A stretch of 64,000 bases of DNA from Leptothrix sp. (in: b-proteobacteria) (GCA_013822265.1 PNKD01000004.1:9183-73182); one strand, 5' to 3'. Shown: positions 52,732-64,000, numbered from the stretch's first letter. The notes: generated by a model from the sequence alone, not told the origin. A program made the numbers and translations.

Positions 52732-53691
52732 TCAGCGCCGTTTCAGCGCTGCAGCCACGGCGGCCTGCACCGCCTGGTCCGCGGGCCAGCCGCCAGCCCC
52801 TTGCAGCACCCGCACGCTGGGGCCCCAGGCGCGCCACAGGGCCGGGTCGCTGGGGCCCAGCACCGACACCAGCGGCGTGCCGACGGCCGCGGCGATGTGG
52901 CCGGGGCCGGTGTCGTTGGAGACCATCACCGCCGCGTCCTGCAGCAGCGCGGCATAAGCGCCCAGGCCGACGCCGGGCAGCCGCCGCGCACTGGCGAAAT
53001 GCGTGCGCGCGATGTCCTCCTCGCCCGGCCCGGGGCAGATCACGACGCTGCGCCCAAAGCCCGGCAGCACCTGCGCGGCAAACGCGGCGAAGCCGGGCCA
53101 GGTCTTGTCCTGCTTGGCCCAGGTGCCGCCGGCAAACGGGCAGATGACGATGCAGCCGGGTTCGATGCCGTGCGCGGCGCGCAGCGCCTGCGCCTGTTCG
53201 CGGTGCGCCGCGCTTACGCGCAGCGCTATGCGCTCGGGTGGTGGCGCCTCGCGGCCCAGCAATACGTCGCCCAGCGCCCAGTAGACCTGCAGCTCGTGCA
53301 CGCCCTGCGGCCGCGGCACGGCGCGCGCCAACAGCAGCCCGCGGCCCTCGTAGGCGTGGCCCAGCGCACGCAGGCCCGCGAGACGGAACTCCAGCGCGCT
53401 GGAAAACGAGTAGGGCAGGCACAGGGCATCCAGCGGCCGGCCGTGCCCGCCGCTGGCGCCCGCGGTCGCCCGCTTCAGCCGGCGCAGCAGCGCCACGCGT
53501 TCGCGCCAGGTCTTGGGCAGCACGTGCACGGGCCAGCCATGCCCGGCCAGCAGGTCGCGTGCCCAGCCCTTGCCCACCAGGTGCAGGTCGTGGCCTTCGT
53601 CGGCCAGGCGTTGCAGCAGCGGCACGCCCAGCGTGACGTCGCCGACCCAGTTGCGCAGGCGGACGATCAGGGGGCGGCGTGGGCTGGGCAT
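52732..53691 (-). CDS. Glycosyltransferase family 9 (heptosyltransferase, WaaF-like)
   Basis: RNWVGDV N-terminus; SNDTGPGHIAAAVG. Confidence 0.85.
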   Translation of the reverse strand: MPSPRRPLIVRLRNWVGDVTLGVPLLQRLADEGHDLHLVGKGWARDLLAGHGWPVHVLPKTWRERVALLRRLKRATAGASGGHGRPLDALCLPYSFSSALEFRLAGLRALGHAYEGRGLLLARAVPRPQGVHELQVYWALGDVLLGREAPPPERIALRVSAAHREQAQALRAAHGIEPGCIVICPFAGGTWAKQDKTWPGFAAFAAQVLPGFGRSVVICPGPGEEDIARTHFASARRLPGVGLGAYAALLQDAAVMVSNDTGPGHIAAAVGTPLVSVLGPSDPALWRAWGPSVRVLQGAGGWPADQAVQAAVAAALKRR

Positions 53692-53733
53692 GGACGGCAC
53701 ATAATGGAATTCGATTCTGCCAGCGACCCCAAG

Positions 53734-54393
53734 ATGACCCTCGCACCCCTTGCCCTGCCGGCCGCCGCTGACGTGCTGGCCCTTCACGACCGCCTGCTGG
53801 CCCTGCCGGGCTGGCCGGACAGGGTGCCCGCAGAGACGCCGGCGTCGGACTTCTGGCACTGGGTGCAGACCAACCACCGCCGCAACAGCCAGCTCTGGGC
53901 CGAAGAAGACCTGGCGCGGCGCACCACGGTGGCGGCCGAAGACATCGCTGCGAACAAGCGCGCCATCGACGGCCACAACCAGGCGCGCAACGACGCCACC
54001 GAGCGCATCGACGAGATCCTGCTCATCACGCTGGGGCTGGTCGATGCCGAATCGGCACGCACCGACGCGCCGGTGTCGCGGGTGCCCGCCGGCGCCCGGC
54101 TGAACAGCGAGACCGCTGGCAGCATGATCGACCGGCTGTCGATCATGGCGCTCAAGGTGCATGCGATGCGCGCCCAGACCGAACGCCGCGACGTCGACGA
54201 CGCCCATCGCGCGGCCAGCCGCGTCAAGCTCGAACGCCTGCTGCAGCAGCGCAGCGATCTCGCCGGTTGCCTCGACGAACTGCTGCGCGACGCGGCGGCC
54301 GGCCGCGCCGTTTTCAAGGTCTATCGCCAGTTCAAGATGTACAACGACCCGCGCCTCAACCCCGAACTCGTCAAAGAAGCGCAGGCCCGGTAG
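53734..54393 (+). CDS. DUF4254 domain protein
   Basis: N..LW.EED.ARR, KRAID.HNQ.RND..ERID, ET.GSMIDRLSI, YRQFKMYNDP; start 53704 or 53734. Confidence 0.8.
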   Translation: MTLAPLALPAAADVLALHDRLLALPGWPDRVPAETPASDFWHWVQTNHRRNSQLWAEEDLARRTTVAAEDIAANKRAIDGHNQARNDATERIDEILLITLGLVDAESARTDAPVSRVPAGARLNSETAGSMIDRLSIMALKVHAMRAQTERRDVDDAHRAASRVKLERLLQQRSDLAGCLDELLRDAAAGRAVFKVYRQFKMYNDPRLNPELVKEAQAR

Positions 54394-55340
54394 TGCGCCT
54401 GCTCATCGTCAAGACCTCGTCGATGGGCGACGTGGTGCACGCGCTGCCGGTGGTGGGCGACATCCTGCGCCGTCACCCGGATGCCGAGATCGACTGGCTG
54501 GTGGAGTCGCCATTCGCGGCCATCCCGCAGATGCACCCAGGCGTGCGCCGTGTGCTGACGATGAGCTGGCGCAAGTGGCGCACGCAGCTGCACGATGCGG
54601 CCACCTGGCGTGCCATGGGGCGCCTGCGCGACGAACTGCGCAGTGGCGGTTACGACGGCGTGCTCGACCTGCAAGGCCTGCTGAAGAGCGCACTCTGGGC
54701 GCGCCAGGCCGGCGCACCGGTGCTGGGCTACGACGGCGCCAGCGCGCGCGAGCCGGCGGCCGCCTGGTTCTACAAGCACAAGGCCGCGGTGTCGGTGGAC
54801 CTGCAGGCCGTGCAGCGCTGCCGGCTGCTGGCCGCCGCGCACCTGGGTTACGAGGTGGCGGGTCCGCTCGACTTCGGCCTGCGCGCTCCGGCACCCACCT
54901 GGACACCGCGGGCCGCGTATGCCGTGCTCATCCCCAACGCCAGCCGGCGCGAGAAGCTGTGGCCCGAGCGCCATTGGGTGGCGGTAGGCCGCCGGCTGCT
55001 CGAGAAGGGCTGGATGCCGGTCGTGCTGTGGGGCCGCAACGAAGAGCAGACGCTGGCCGAGCGCATCGCCGCCAGTTGCGAAGGTGACGTGCCGCCCTTC
55101 CTGCGTGTTGGCGAGATGGCGGCAGTGCTGGCCGGCGCGCACCAGGTGGTGGGGCTGGACACCGGCTTCACCCACCTCGCCGCTGCCCTGGGCCGGCCCA
55201 CGCTGGGCATCTACTGCGACCACGACCCCGGCCTGGCCGGCATCACCGGGCCGGGCCGAGTGGCCAGCATCGGCGGCAAGTCCCAGGTGCCGGGCGCCAG
55301 GGACGTGCTGGCGCTGTTGGAAACCCAGCTCGCAGCCTGA
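54393..55340 (+). CDS. waaC: LPS heptosyltransferase I
   Basis: LIVKTSSMGDVVH, DLQGLLKSA, GLDTGFTHLAAA. Confidence 0.9.
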   Translation: MRLLIVKTSSMGDVVHALPVVGDILRRHPDAEIDWLVESPFAAIPQMHPGVRRVLTMSWRKWRTQLHDAATWRAMGRLRDELRSGGYDGVLDLQGLLKSALWARQAGAPVLGYDGASAREPAAAWFYKHKAAVSVDLQAVQRCRLLAAAHLGYEVAGPLDFGLRAPAPTWTPRAAYAVLIPNASRREKLWPERHWVAVGRRLLEKGWMPVVLWGRNEEQTLAERIAASCEGDVPPFLRVGEMAAVLAGAHQVVGLDTGFTHLAAALGRPTLGIYCDHDPGLAGITGPGRVASIGGKSQVPGARDVLALLETQLAA

Positions 55341-55410
55341 ACACCGCCTGGCGCGACACCGGCCCGGCCGGCCCGCGTGGGCGGTGGCGAAAGTCAGTGG
55401 CCCTGGGGGC

Positions 55411-56562
55411 TCACAGCGCCTCCTGGCGCTGCGGCGGGTAGCTGTCCCAGCTCAGGCAACCCGGGCACTGCCAGAAGTAGTGCTGGGCCTCGAAACCGCA
55501 GGCGGCGCAGCGGTAGCGCTGCAGCGGTGCCCGGCTGTGTGCCACCGCAGCGCGCAAGGCTTGCCAGGCGTCGTCGGAGAGGGCTTGCGGCGGCAGCGCC
55601 AGCAGGCGCTGGGCGCCGGCCAGCGTGGGCTGGTGCTGCACATGCGCCAGCAGGCGGGGCAGGCGGGCCGGGTCGTCGGCGGCCTCGAGGGTTTCGAGCG
55701 CCGCGATCAGCTCCAGCGCCGGACGTTCGGCCAGCGCCGTCGTCAGTGCAGCGTGAGCGGCCTCACCCTGGCCGGCCGACTGCGCAGCCTGCGCGTAGTC
55801 GGCCGCCACCAGCAGGAAGGCCGCCGGGTGGTGCTGGCGCAGTGTGTCCCAGGCGGCCAGCGCACGTGCGGGGTCGCCCTGGCGCAGCGCGCGCTGCCCG
55901 GCCAGCAGGCAGGGGCGCGGGGCGTGCGGCGCAGCGGCGCGCGCACGCTGCAACGCCGCCTCGGCTTCGGCCGGCTGGCCGGCAGCGTCGGCGGCCTCGG
56001 CCATTTCGCACTCGTAGTGGGCGACGCGCGAGGCGAAGGAGCCGACGCTGCCGCCTTCCAGCCGACGCGCCACCTCGGCGGCACGCGGCCAGTCGCGCGA
56101 GCGTTCGTACAGCGACAGCAGCGCCAGCCGTGCTTCGGCATCGAAGGGCGTGCCCTCCAGTGCTTGCCAGGCGGCCTCGGCGCGGTCGAAGAGGCCGGCC
56201 TTCATGTGGTCCTGCGCCAGCGCGCGCCGGGCGCGAAGGTGATCTGCGGCGGACAAGTCGCTGCGGCCCAGCAGGTGCTCGTGCACGCGCACGGCGCGCT
56301 CGAACTCGCCGCGGCGCCGGAACAGGTTGCCCAGAGCGAAGTGCAGCTCGGTCGTGTCGGGGTCGTCCTGCACGGCCTGGATGAAGGCGTCGATGGCGCT
56401 GTCGGGCTGCTCGTTGAGCAGCAGGTTCAGGCCCTTGAAGTAGGCGCGCGGGGCGTCCTCACGCTCGCGCCGCAACTGCCGCAGGTCGAATCGCGAGGCC
56501 ATCCAGCCCAGCGCGAACGCCGCGGGCACGCCGATCAGCAGCCACTGCAGGTCGAAGTCCAT
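55411..56562 (-). CDS. lapB: LPS assembly protein LapB
   Basis: YFKGLNLLLNEQPD, TPRs, rubredoxin-type CAACGF...CPGC. Confidence 0.95.
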   Translation of the reverse strand: MDFDLQWLLIGVPAAFALGWMASRFDLRQLRREREDAPRAYFKGLNLLLNEQPDSAIDAFIQAVQDDPDTTELHFALGNLFRRRGEFERAVRVHEHLLGRSDLSAADHLRARRALAQDHMKAGLFDRAEAAWQALEGTPFDAEARLALLSLYERSRDWPRAAEVARRLEGGSVGSFASRVAHYECEMAEAADAAGQPAEAEAALQRARAAAPHAPRPCLLAGQRALRQGDPARALAAWDTLRQHHPAAFLLVAADYAQAAQSAGQGEAAHAALTTALAERPALELIAALETLEAADDPARLPRLLAHVQHQPTLAGAQRLLALPPQALSDDAWQALRAAVAHSRAPLQRYRCAACGFEAQHYFWQCPGCLSWDSYPPQRQEAL

Positions 56563-56598
56563 CGGCTAGCCCGCGCCGGTCCACGCCAAGCGGGCGAC

Positions 56599-56638
56599 GG
56601 CCCCCTCGCGGGGGTGCGAGCGAAGCAATCTCGGGGGC
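56599..56638. repeat. REP-like palindromic element between lapA and lapB
   Basis: GGCCCCCTCGCGGGGGTGCGAGCGAAGCAATCTCGGGGGC; related to 30682-30798. Confidence 0.55.
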
Positions 56639-56643
56639 ATGTT

Positions 56644-56961
56644 CTACAGGCCTTCGCGCGGTGGATGTTCGGGGCCGAACTCGCTGGGCAGCAGGCTGGT
56701 GGGGGCCGCGGTGGCGGTCGTCGTCGTGGGGGCCGGCGCATGCCGGCGCGCCTCGCGCCGGTGGTGCCACCAGCTGGGCACCATCGCCGCCACGCCGAAG
56801 GCGCAACCCGCGGCAAACGCCGTCAGCACCACGAACACCATGGGTGCGCGCCATTCGAAACCGAAGAACCAGCGCACCGTGGCCAGTTGCTGGTTGTTCA
56901 GCGCAAACGCGAACAGCGTGAAGAAGACGAAGGCCCAGAACAGCCCGACGAGGTAGCGCAT
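56644..56961 (-). CDS. lapA: LPS assembly protein LapA
   Basis: FALNNQQ, two TM segments; between ihfB and lapB. Confidence 0.9.
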   Translation of the reverse strand: MRYLVGLFWAFVFFTLFAFALNNQQLATVRWFFGFEWRAPMVFVVLTAFAAGCAFGVAAMVPSWWHHRREARRHAPAPTTTTATAAPTSLLPSEFGPEHPPREGL

Positions 56962-57020
56962 GCGGCGCAGATTCTAGGTCCAGGGCATCTGGGGCGCGGG
57001 ACCTTGGCCCGCCTTTGCGG

Positions 57021-57326
57021 TCAGGGCCTGTCGACGTCGCTCGTGACGTGGGCGTCAACCGCCTCGCGCAGCGCCTTGCCCGGCTTGAAGTGCGGCACCA
57101 GCTTCTCGGGGATCACCACCTGCTCGCCGCTGCGCGGGTTGCGGCCGACGCGCGGCGGGCGGCGGTTGATGCTGAAGCTGCCGAAGCCGCGGATCTCGAT
57201 GCGGTGGCCGCGGGCCAACGCGTCGGACATGGCGTCCAGGATGGTCTTGACCGCGAACTCGGTGTCGCGCTGCGTGAGCTGCGAGAAGCGCTCGGCCAGG
57301 CGGGTGACGAGGTCGGATCGTGTCAT
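57021..57326 (-). CDS. ihfB: Integration host factor beta
   Basis: MTRSDLV...[10 protein letters not shown]...GRNPRSGE...PHFKPGK. Confidence 0.97.
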   Translation of the reverse strand: MTRSDLVTRLAERFSQLTQRDTEFAVKTILDAMSDALARGHRIEIRGFGSFSINRRPPRVGRNPRSGEQVVIPEKLVPHFKPGKALREAVDAHVTSDVDRP

Positions 57327-57430
57327 GGGGCTCTGCTGCGCTTGCTGGTCACGGCAACCCGCGGGGATGGCCCGCGGGTTTCAGAAGGGAGGGCCGGCGC
57401 CGCATAAACGGCGGGCCGGCCGGGACCGGA

Positions 57431-59149
57431 TTACTCCGGACGGTTGTCGAGCTTGGCGCGCAGCAGGGCACCCAGGCTCGTGGTACCGGCGTTCTCGCGT
57501 TCGCTGGTCTGGCTCAGGCGCTGCATGGCCTGCTGCTCGTCGGCGTTGTCCTTGGCCTTGATCGACAACTGGATAGAGCGCAGCTTGCGGTCGACGTTGA
57601 TGACCATGACGTTGACGTCGTCGCCTTCCTTCAGCACGTTGCGCGCGTCTTCGACGCGGTCGCGGCTGATCTCGGAGGCACGCAGGTAGCCGGTGACGTC
57701 TTCGTTGAGCTGGATCTCGGCGCCGCGCGGGTCGACGCTCTTGACCTTGCCGTTGACGATGGCGCCGCGGTCGTTCAGCGTCGTGAAGCTCGTGAAGGGG
57801 TCGGTGTCCAGCTGCTTGATGCCCAGGCTGATGCGCTCGCGCTCGACGTCCACGGCCAGCACCAGGGCCTCGACTTCCTGGCCCTTCTTGTAGTTGCGCA
57901 CGGCGGTCTCGCCCGGCTCGTGCCAGGACAGGTCGCTGAGGTGCACCAGGCCATCGATGCCGGCCGACAGGCCGATGAAGACGCCGAAGTCGGTGATGCT
58001 CTTGACGGGGCCCTTGACGCGGTCGCCGCGCTTGACGGTGGTGCTGAACTCTTCCCAGGGGTTGGCCTTGCACTGCTTCATGCCCAGGCTGATGCGGCGC
58101 TTGTCCTCGTCGATCTCGAGGACCATGACTTCGACTTCCTCGCCCAGGGTGACGACCTTGGCGGGAGCGACGTTCTTGTTGGTCCAGTCCATCTCGGAGA
58201 CGTGCACCAGGCCTTCGATGCCCGGCTCGATCTCGACGAACGCACCGTAGTCGGCGATGTTCGTGATCTTGCCGAACAGGCGCGTGCCGTTCGGGTAGCG
58301 GCGCGACACGCCGTGCCAGGGGTCGTCGCCCAGCTGCTTCAGGCCCAGGCTGACACGGTTCTTCTCGGCGTCGAACTTCAGCACCTTGGCGGTGAGTTCC
58401 TGGCCGACAGTGACCACTTCGCTGGGGTGGCGCACGCGGCGCCAGGCCATGTCGGTGATGTGCAGCAGGCCGTCGATGCCGCCGAGGTCGACGAAGGCGC
58501 CGTACTCGGTGATGTTCTTGACCACGCCGTTGACGATCGCGCCTTCGCTCAGCGTCTGGAGCAGCTTGGCGCGCTCTTCGCCCATCGAAGCCTCGACGAC
58601 GGCGCGGCGCGACAACACCACGTTGTTGCGTTTGCGGTCGAGCTTGATGACCTTGAATTCCATGGTCTTGCCCTCGAAGGGCGTCATGTCCTTCACGGGG
58701 CGCGTGTCGAGCAGGCTGCCCGGCAGGAAGGCGCGGATGCCGTTGACCAGCACCGTCAGGCCGCCCTTGACCTTGCCGCTGACCGTGCCGGTGACGAATT
58801 CGCCGGACTCCAGCGAGTTCTCCAGCGACATCCAGCTGGCCAGGCGCTTGGCCTTGTCGCGCGACAGGATGGTGTCGCCGTAGCCGTTCTCGACGGCGTC
58901 GATGGCGACGGAGACGAAGTCGCCGACCTGGACTTCGAGCTCGCCCTGGTCGTTCTTGAATTCTTCGATGGCCACGTAGCTTTCGCTCTTCAGGCCGGCG
59001 TTCACCACGACGTGGTTGAACTCGATGCGAACGACCTCGGCGGAGATGACTTCTCCGACGCGCATGTCGTTGGACTTCAGCGACTCCTCGAACAGAGCGG
59101 CGAACATGTCTGCGCCGCCGGTGGCGGTGACGGTGGTGGTGACGGTCAT
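57431..59149 (-). CDS. rpsA: 30S ribosomal protein S1
   Basis: FAALFEES; six S1 domains ([21 protein letters not shown] etc.). Confidence 0.98.
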   Translation of the reverse strand: MTVTTTVTATGGADMFAALFEESLKSNDMRVGEVISAEVVRIEFNHVVVNAGLKSESYVAIEEFKNDQGELEVQVGDFVSVAIDAVENGYGDTILSRDKAKRLASWMSLENSLESGEFVTGTVSGKVKGGLTVLVNGIRAFLPGSLLDTRPVKDMTPFEGKTMEFKVIKLDRKRNNVVLSRRAVVEASMGEERAKLLQTLSEGAIVNGVVKNITEYGAFVDLGGIDGLLHITDMAWRRVRHPSEVVTVGQELTAKVLKFDAEKNRVSLGLKQLGDDPWHGVSRRYPNGTRLFGKITNIADYGAFVEIEPGIEGLVHVSEMDWTNKNVAPAKVVTLGEEVEVMVLEIDEDKRRISLGMKQCKANPWEEFSTTVKRGDRVKGPVKSITDFGVFIGLSAGIDGLVHLSDLSWHEPGETAVRNYKKGQEVEALVLAVDVERERISLGIKQLDTDPFTSFTTLNDRGAIVNGKVKSVDPRGAEIQLNEDVTGYLRASEISRDRVEDARNVLKEGDDVNVMVINVDRKLRSIQLSIKAKDNADEQQAMQRLSQTSERENAGTTSLGALLRAKLDNRPE

Positions 59150-59306
59150 GGATTTCCTGGGTGCCCGGGGAAGTTGGTGGCAGAGCGGGCGTGCTTGCGG
59201 CGGGTGCCGCGGGTTGGGGTTGGACCACCCAGCGCGCCTGGGGCCTGACGGCCGCGGCGGGGACGCACTGGGACGCTTGTGGCCTTTCAGGTAACCGCCG
59301 GGGCGG

Positions 59307-61394
59307 CTACCTGAAAGGCCGGCGCAGCTGCCACCAGCTCAACACCTGTTGCACCGAGGCTTCGATGCTCAAGTTCGAGTTGTCCAGCAGCAGCGCATCC
59401 TCGGCCGGCCTCAAGGGCGCCACGCTGCGACTCTGATCGCGCGCGTCGCGGGCTTCGAGGTCGGCACGAAGGTCTGTGATATTAGCCGAAATACCTTTAG
59501 AAATCAATTGCTTATGGCGCCGTTCGGCGCGTTCGCCGGCGCTCGCGGTGAGGAAGACCTTGAGCGACGCGCCGGGGAAGACGACGGTGCCCATGTCGCG
59601 GCCATCGGCCACCAGGCCGGGCGGGCGGCGGAAGGCGAGCTGCAGGCCCTGCAGCGCCACGCGCACCGCCGGCAAGGCCGACACGCGCGAGGCCAGCAGC
59701 CCGGCGGCTTCGGTGCGCAGCTGGTCGCTGACTTCCTGGCCGCGCAGCCAGGCGCGGCTGCTGTGCGCATCGGTCAAGGGGCCGTGGCCGAAACGCAGGT
59801 CGAGCAAGCCGGCCAGCCGTGCCAGGCCGACTTCGTCGTCGGGCTCCACGCCGTCCCACTGCGCGGCCACGCCGGTGGCGCGGTAGAGCGCGCCCGAGTC
59901 GAGCAGGTGGTAGCCCAGCGCGTCGGCCACGGCCGCGGCCAGCGTGCCCTTGCCCGAGGCGGTGGGGCCATCGATGGCGATCACCGGCACGTCGTTCACG
60001 TCGGCCGTGGCGACGCCGAACAACGCCTCGAAGTAGTCGGGGAAGGTCTTGGCGACGCAGCGCGGGTCCAGGATGCGCAGCGGGCAGGGCGCGTGCACGG
60101 GCCCGGCAGCGCCGCCGGTCGCCATGCCGGCCAGCGCGTTGAAGGCCGCCAGCGACAGGCCCATCGCGATGCGGTGGTCGTCGTAGGTGCGGATGGCGGC
60201 CGGCCGCCAGGCGCCGGCAGCCGGCGGCGTGACTTCGATGAAGTCGGCGCCCTCGACCACCGCCGCGCCGAGCTTGCGCAGTTCGGCGGCCATGGCGGCG
60301 ATGCGGTCGGTCTCCTTCACGCGCCAGCTGGCGATGCCGGTGAGCCGCGTCGGGCTGTCGGCGTAGAGCGCCATCACGGCCAGCGTCATCGCGGCGTCGG
60401 GGATGTGGTTGCAGTCGAGGTTGATGCCGGTCAGCGGCCAGCGGCCGCGGTGCACCTGCAGCCAGCCCGGGCCGCTCGAGACCTGGGCGCCCATGGCCAC
60501 GGCGGCGTCGATGAAGCGGATGTCGCCCTGAATCGAGTCGCTGCCCACGCCCTCGATGCGCAGCGGCGCGCCGCCGTGCGCAGCAATGGCGCCCATCGCA
60601 ATGAAGTAGGAAGCCGACGAGGCATCGCCTTCGACGTGGATGCTGCCGGGTGAGTGGTAGGCGCTGCCTCTGGCGATGACAAAACGCTGCCAACCCTGGC
60701 GCTGCACGGCGATGCCGAAACGCACCAGCAGGTTGAGCGTGATGTCGATGTAGGGCTTGCTGATGAGCTCGCCGTCGACCTCGATGGCGATGTCGCCGGC
60801 GCCGCTGACCAGCGGCAGCGCGAGCAGCAGCGCGGTCAGGAACTGGCTCGAAACCTCCCCGCGCACGCGGATCGCGGTGTCGGTGGCGAGCCCGCCGCCG
60901 GCGCTGCCGCGCAGGCGCAGCGGCGGGTAGCCCGGCGTGCCGAGCTCGTCGATCGTGCAGCCCAGCGGGCGCAGCGCGTCGACGAGGTCGCCTATCGGCC
61001 GCTCGTGCATGCGTGGCACGCCGTGCAGCCTGAAGTTGCCGCCCTGCGTCGCCGCCAGCACCGCCAGCGCCGCGGCCAGCGGGCGCATGGCGGTGCCGGC
61101 ATTGCCCAGGAAGAGATCGGCCTCGTGCACCGCAAGCCGGCCGCCCAGCCCGGTGATGTGCAGCACCGGCCCGTGCGGGCCCCGCTCGTGGCGCAGCGCG
61201 CAGCCCAGCGTGCGCAGTGCGTCGAGCATCACGCGTGTGTCGTCGCTGTCGAGCAGGTCGTGCACGGCCGTCGTGCCGGCGGCCAGGCCCGCCAGCAGCA
61301 GCACGCGGTTGCTGATGCTCTTGCTGCCCGGCAGGCGCACCGTGCCGGACGCGCCGTTCAGCGGCGGAAGGTCGAGGAAGGGGATGTCGTACAT
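59307..61394 (-). CDS. aroA-cmk: Bifunctional EPSP synthase / cytidylate kinase
   Basis: [24 protein letters not shown], then [22 protein letters not shown] in one frame. Confidence 0.95.
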   Translation of the reverse strand: MYDIPFLDLPPLNGASGTVRLPGSKSISNRVLLLAGLAAGTTAVHDLLDSDDTRVMLDALRTLGCALRHERGPHGPVLHITGLGGRLAVHEADLFLGNAGTAMRPLAAALAVLAATQGGNFRLHGVPRMHERPIGDLVDALRPLGCTIDELGTPGYPPLRLRGSAGGGLATDTAIRVRGEVSSQFLTALLLALPLVSGAGDIAIEVDGELISKPYIDITLNLLVRFGIAVQRQGWQRFVIARGSAYHSPGSIHVEGDASSASYFIAMGAIAAHGGAPLRIEGVGSDSIQGDIRFIDAAVAMGAQVSSGPGWLQVHRGRWPLTGINLDCNHIPDAAMTLAVMALYADSPTRLTGIASWRVKETDRIAAMAAELRKLGAAVVEGADFIEVTPPAAGAWRPAAIRTYDDHRIAMGLSLAAFNALAGMATGGAAGPVHAPCPLRILDPRCVAKTFPDYFEALFGVATADVNDVPVIAIDGPTASGKGTLAAAVADALGYHLLDSGALYRATGVAAQWDGVEPDDEVGLARLAGLLDLRFGHGPLTDAHSSRAWLRGQEVSDQLRTEAAGLLASRVSALPAVRVALQGLQLAFRRPPGLVADGRDMGTVVFPGASLKVFLTASAGERAERRHKQLISKGISANITDLRADLEARDARDQSRSVAPLRPAEDALLLDNSNLSIEASVQQVLSWWQLRRPFR

Positions 61395-61425
61395 GCACGC
61401 GGGGCGCCAGGCCCCCAGGTCCGGG

Positions 61426-62322
61426 TCAGGGAGGAGTCTTGCTGCCACCGGGTGTGCGTGGCGCACCCATCTGCCAGTTGGCGCGCCCTTCGGCCGGGCC
61501 GCGGATCAGCCCTTCCAGGGCGTCGGCATTGCCTTCGCGCATCACGTGCTCCAGCGCGTCCAGCGCCTGGCGGAAGCGCTTGGACTGCTTGAGCACCTCT
61601 TCGCGGTTGGCGACGAGGACGTCGCGCCACGTCTCGGGGCTGCTGGCGGCGATGCGCGTGAAGTCGCGAAAGCCCGGACCGGCCAGCGAGAGGAAGTCGC
61701 GCCCCGCGGGCTGGTTCATCACCGAGCTGAAGTAGGCAAAGGCCAGCAGGTGCGGCAGGTGGCTGACGGCGGCAAAGGCCGCGTCGTGGTTTTCCGGCGT
61801 CATCTTCAGCACCTGGGCGCCGATGGCGCTCCAGACATCGGTGGCCTTCTGCACCAGTTCGGGCGAGGTCTGCGCCAGCGGCGTGATGATGACCTGGCGG
61901 CCGTTGTAGAGCGACGCATCGGCGTTGGCGATGCCCGAGACTTCCTTGCCGGCGATGGGATGGGCCGGAACGAACGACGGGATGCGCTCGCGCAGCACGC
62001 GCCGCGCGGCGTCGACGACGTCGCGCTTGGTGCTGCCGACGTCCATGAGGAGCACGCCCGGCTCGACGAGGTGGCGTATCGCCTTGAAGGTGGTCTCGGT
62101 GGCCGCCACGGGCACGGCCATCAGCACGATGTCGGACCCCGAGACCGCCAGCAGCGCCGATTCGGCCGCCACGTCGATGACACCCAGCTTCTTCGCGCGT
62201 TCCGTCGTGCTCGGCGACTTGCTGTAGCCGATGACGCGCTTGACGAGCCCCGCGCGCTTGAGCGCCAGCGCGAAGCTGCCGCCCATGAGGCCGCATCCGA
62301 TGACGCCGAGTTGCTGGAACAT
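61426..62322 (-). CDS. tyrA: Prephenate dehydrogenase
   Basis: [35 protein letters not shown]. Confidence 0.93.
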   Translation of the reverse strand: MFQQLGVIGCGLMGGSFALALKRAGLVKRVIGYSKSPSTTERAKKLGVIDVAAESALLAVSGSDIVLMAVPVAATETTFKAIRHLVEPGVLLMDVGSTKRDVVDAARRVLRERIPSFVPAHPIAGKEVSGIANADASLYNGRQVIITPLAQTSPELVQKATDVWSAIGAQVLKMTPENHDAAFAAVSHLPHLLAFAYFSSVMNQPAGRDFLSLAGPGFRDFTRIAASSPETWRDVLVANREEVLKQSKRFRQALDALEHVMREGNADALEGLIRGPAEGRANWQMGAPRTPGGSKTPP

Positions 62323-62343
62323 GGACTGCCTTGCGCCTTCGCC

Positions 62344-63447
62344 TCAGTGCACGTCGATAGGGTAGGTACCCAGAATCTTGAAGAAGGCACACGCCGCGCG
62401 CAGTTCCTTCAGCGCCGCATCGACACTCGGCTCGTCGGGGTGGCCCTCGATGTCGATGTAGAAGTAATACTCCCACTGCCCTGATCGCGCCGGGCGCGAC
62501 TCGAAGCGCGTCATCGAGACGCCGTGGTTCTTCAGCGGCACCAGCATGTCGTGCACCGCGCCGGGCCGGTTGGTCACCGACACCACGAGGCTGGTGCAGT
62601 CGTGGCCCGAGGCCTTGGGCGCGGGGTGGCACTGCGGGTGCGTGACGATGGCGAAGCGGGTGCGGTTGTGCGGGTCGTCCTGGATCGCCGGGGCCACCAC
62701 GTGCAGGCCGTACTCGGCGGCGGCGCGCTGGCCGGCGATGGCCGCCAGACGGGCGTCCTGAGCGGCCATGCGGGCGCCTTCGGCGTTGCTGGCGACCGGG
62801 CGCCGTTCGGCGTCGGGCAGGTGATGGCTGAGCCAGCGGTGGCACTGCGCCAGCGCCTGTGGATGCGCGCACACGGCCGTAATGTCTTGCAGGGAGTCGT
62901 CGCGGCGCAGCAGGTTCTGGCGCACCATCAGGTTGGTCTCGCCGATGATGAACAGCGGCGTCGTCAGGAGGAGATCAAGCGAGCGCGCGACCACGCCTTC
63001 GGTGCTGTTCTCGACCGGCACGACGCCGAAGTCGGCGGCGCCCGAAGTCGCTGCGTGCATCACTTCGTCGATGCTGGCGCACGGCACATGCACGATGGAG
63101 GTGCCGAAGAAGCCCAGCGCCGCCTCTTCGCTGAATGTGCCGGCCGGGCCGAGGTAGGCCACCCGCGTGGGCGTCTCCAGCGCGCGGCAGGCCGACATGA
63201 TCTCGCGCCAGATCGGGGCCACGCTGGCCGCCTGCAGCGGGCCGGGGTTGATGGCCTTCAGGCCGTCGATGACCTGGGCTTCGCGCTCGGGGCGGAAGAC
63301 CACCGAGCCTTCGTGCTTCTTGATCTCGCCGACCTCCAGCGCCAGCCCGGCGCGGCGGTTCAGCAGCGCCAGCAGTTCGCGGTCGACGGCGTCGATGCGC
63401 TCGCGCAGCGTCAGCAGCGCGGGTGCGACGGCGGGGGTGTCGGCCAT
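62344..63447 (-). CDS. pheA: Chorismate mutase / prephenate dehydratase
   Basis: LRERIDAVD, VAYLGPAGTFS, PVENSTEG, NRTRF, ESRP, ACT domain. Confidence 0.95.
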   Translation of the reverse strand: MADTPAVAPALLTLRERIDAVDRELLALLNRRAGLALEVGEIKKHEGSVVFRPEREAQVIDGLKAINPGPLQAASVAPIWREIMSACRALETPTRVAYLGPAGTFSEEAALGFFGTSIVHVPCASIDEVMHAATSGAADFGVVPVENSTEGVVARSLDLLLTTPLFIIGETNLMVRQNLLRRDDSLQDITAVCAHPQALAQCHRWLSHHLPDAERRPVASNAEGARMAAQDARLAAIAGQRAAAEYGLHVVAPAIQDDPHNRTRFAIVTHPQCHPAPKASGHDCTSLVVSVTNRPGAVHDMLVPLKNHGVSMTRFESRPARSGQWEYYFYIDIEGHPDEPSVDAALKELRAACAFFKILGTYPIDVH

Positions 63448-63476
63448 GGAAGCTGCGCGCTCTTCGGGTGTCGGCT

Positions 63477-64000
63477 TCAGGGCTTCTTGGCAGGTGCCGC
63501 CGCTGGCTTGCTGCCGCTGGCAGCGCCGGTCGCCGGCGCGATGCCCAGGCGGCGCGCCACGGTCTGGTCGAGCGCACGCACCTTGGCTTCGACCTGGCCG
63601 CGCGTGTCGGCGATCAGCTTTTCGCCGATGGCCTTCTGCATCTCGCTGCCCATGGACTGGAACTTGCGGTTCAGCGGGGATTCGAGCATCACGATGACCT
63701 GCTTCAGCTCGTCTTCGGTGAAGCGCTCTTCCAGCAGCGAACCGATGGTGCTGGGTGCCAGCGCTACGGCGCGGTCGCGCACGATGGGGGCGGCCTCCTC
63801 GACGTACTTGCGCACGTCGGCCTCGATGTCGCGGGCGACGGCTTCGCGGCGCTCGGCCGGCAGCCGCTGAAGGGCCTGACCGGCACCCTGCAGCAACTGC
63901 CGTGCGGGCTGTTCGGCCAGCTGGCGCGCCATGGCTTCAATGCCCGGCTGCTGTAGCTGCAGCACGCGGGCAACGAGTTCCTTCTTCGCTGCGGAGCCCG
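63477..64000 (-). CDS. DUF2059-like protein (5' end beyond the window)
   Basis: Frame open to the window edge; 'EERFTEDELKQVI..LESP...KF' motif; usual neighbour of pheA. Confidence 0.7.
   Translation of the reverse strand, partial: GSAAKKELVARVLQLQQPGIEAMARQLAEQPARQLLQGAGQALQRLPAERREAVARDIEADVRKYVEEAAPIVRDRAVALAPSTIGSLLEERFTEDELKQVIVMLESPLNRKFQSMGSEMQKAIGEKLIADTRGQVEAKVRALDQTVARRLGIAPATGAASGSKPAAAPAKKP

Overview
High-GC betaproteobacterial chromosome segment; gene order and style suggest Burkholderiales, Rubrivivax/Ideonella-like (inference). About 22-64 kb is mostly core genes: yaaA, a complete fliE-fliR/fliC-fliC-fliD-fliS-fliT-ycgR flagellar cluster, dnaE, LPS genes, and lapB-lapA-ihfB-rpsA-aroA/cmk-tyrA-pheA. 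The first ~18 kb is accessory and holds the main finding, a chromosomal integron in unusual condition. An intact integron integrase (13556-14800) with a perfect LexA box runs directly into and overlaps an error-prone polymerase dnaE2, with no imuA/imuB beside it. On the cassette side, where attI should be, sequence switches abruptly into a 5'-truncated czcD-like fragment and a ~5 kb Fur-boxed hemP-tonB-exbB-exbD-TonB-receptor operon containing no attC. Only beyond this do two real cassettes appear, with one full and one half attC, the latter fused to a decayed IS5 transposase. Further left is an operon of an HtxB/PhnD-like ABC transporter, an atypical metallophosphoesterase and DUF2064. All family assignments come from motif recognition; no searches were run.
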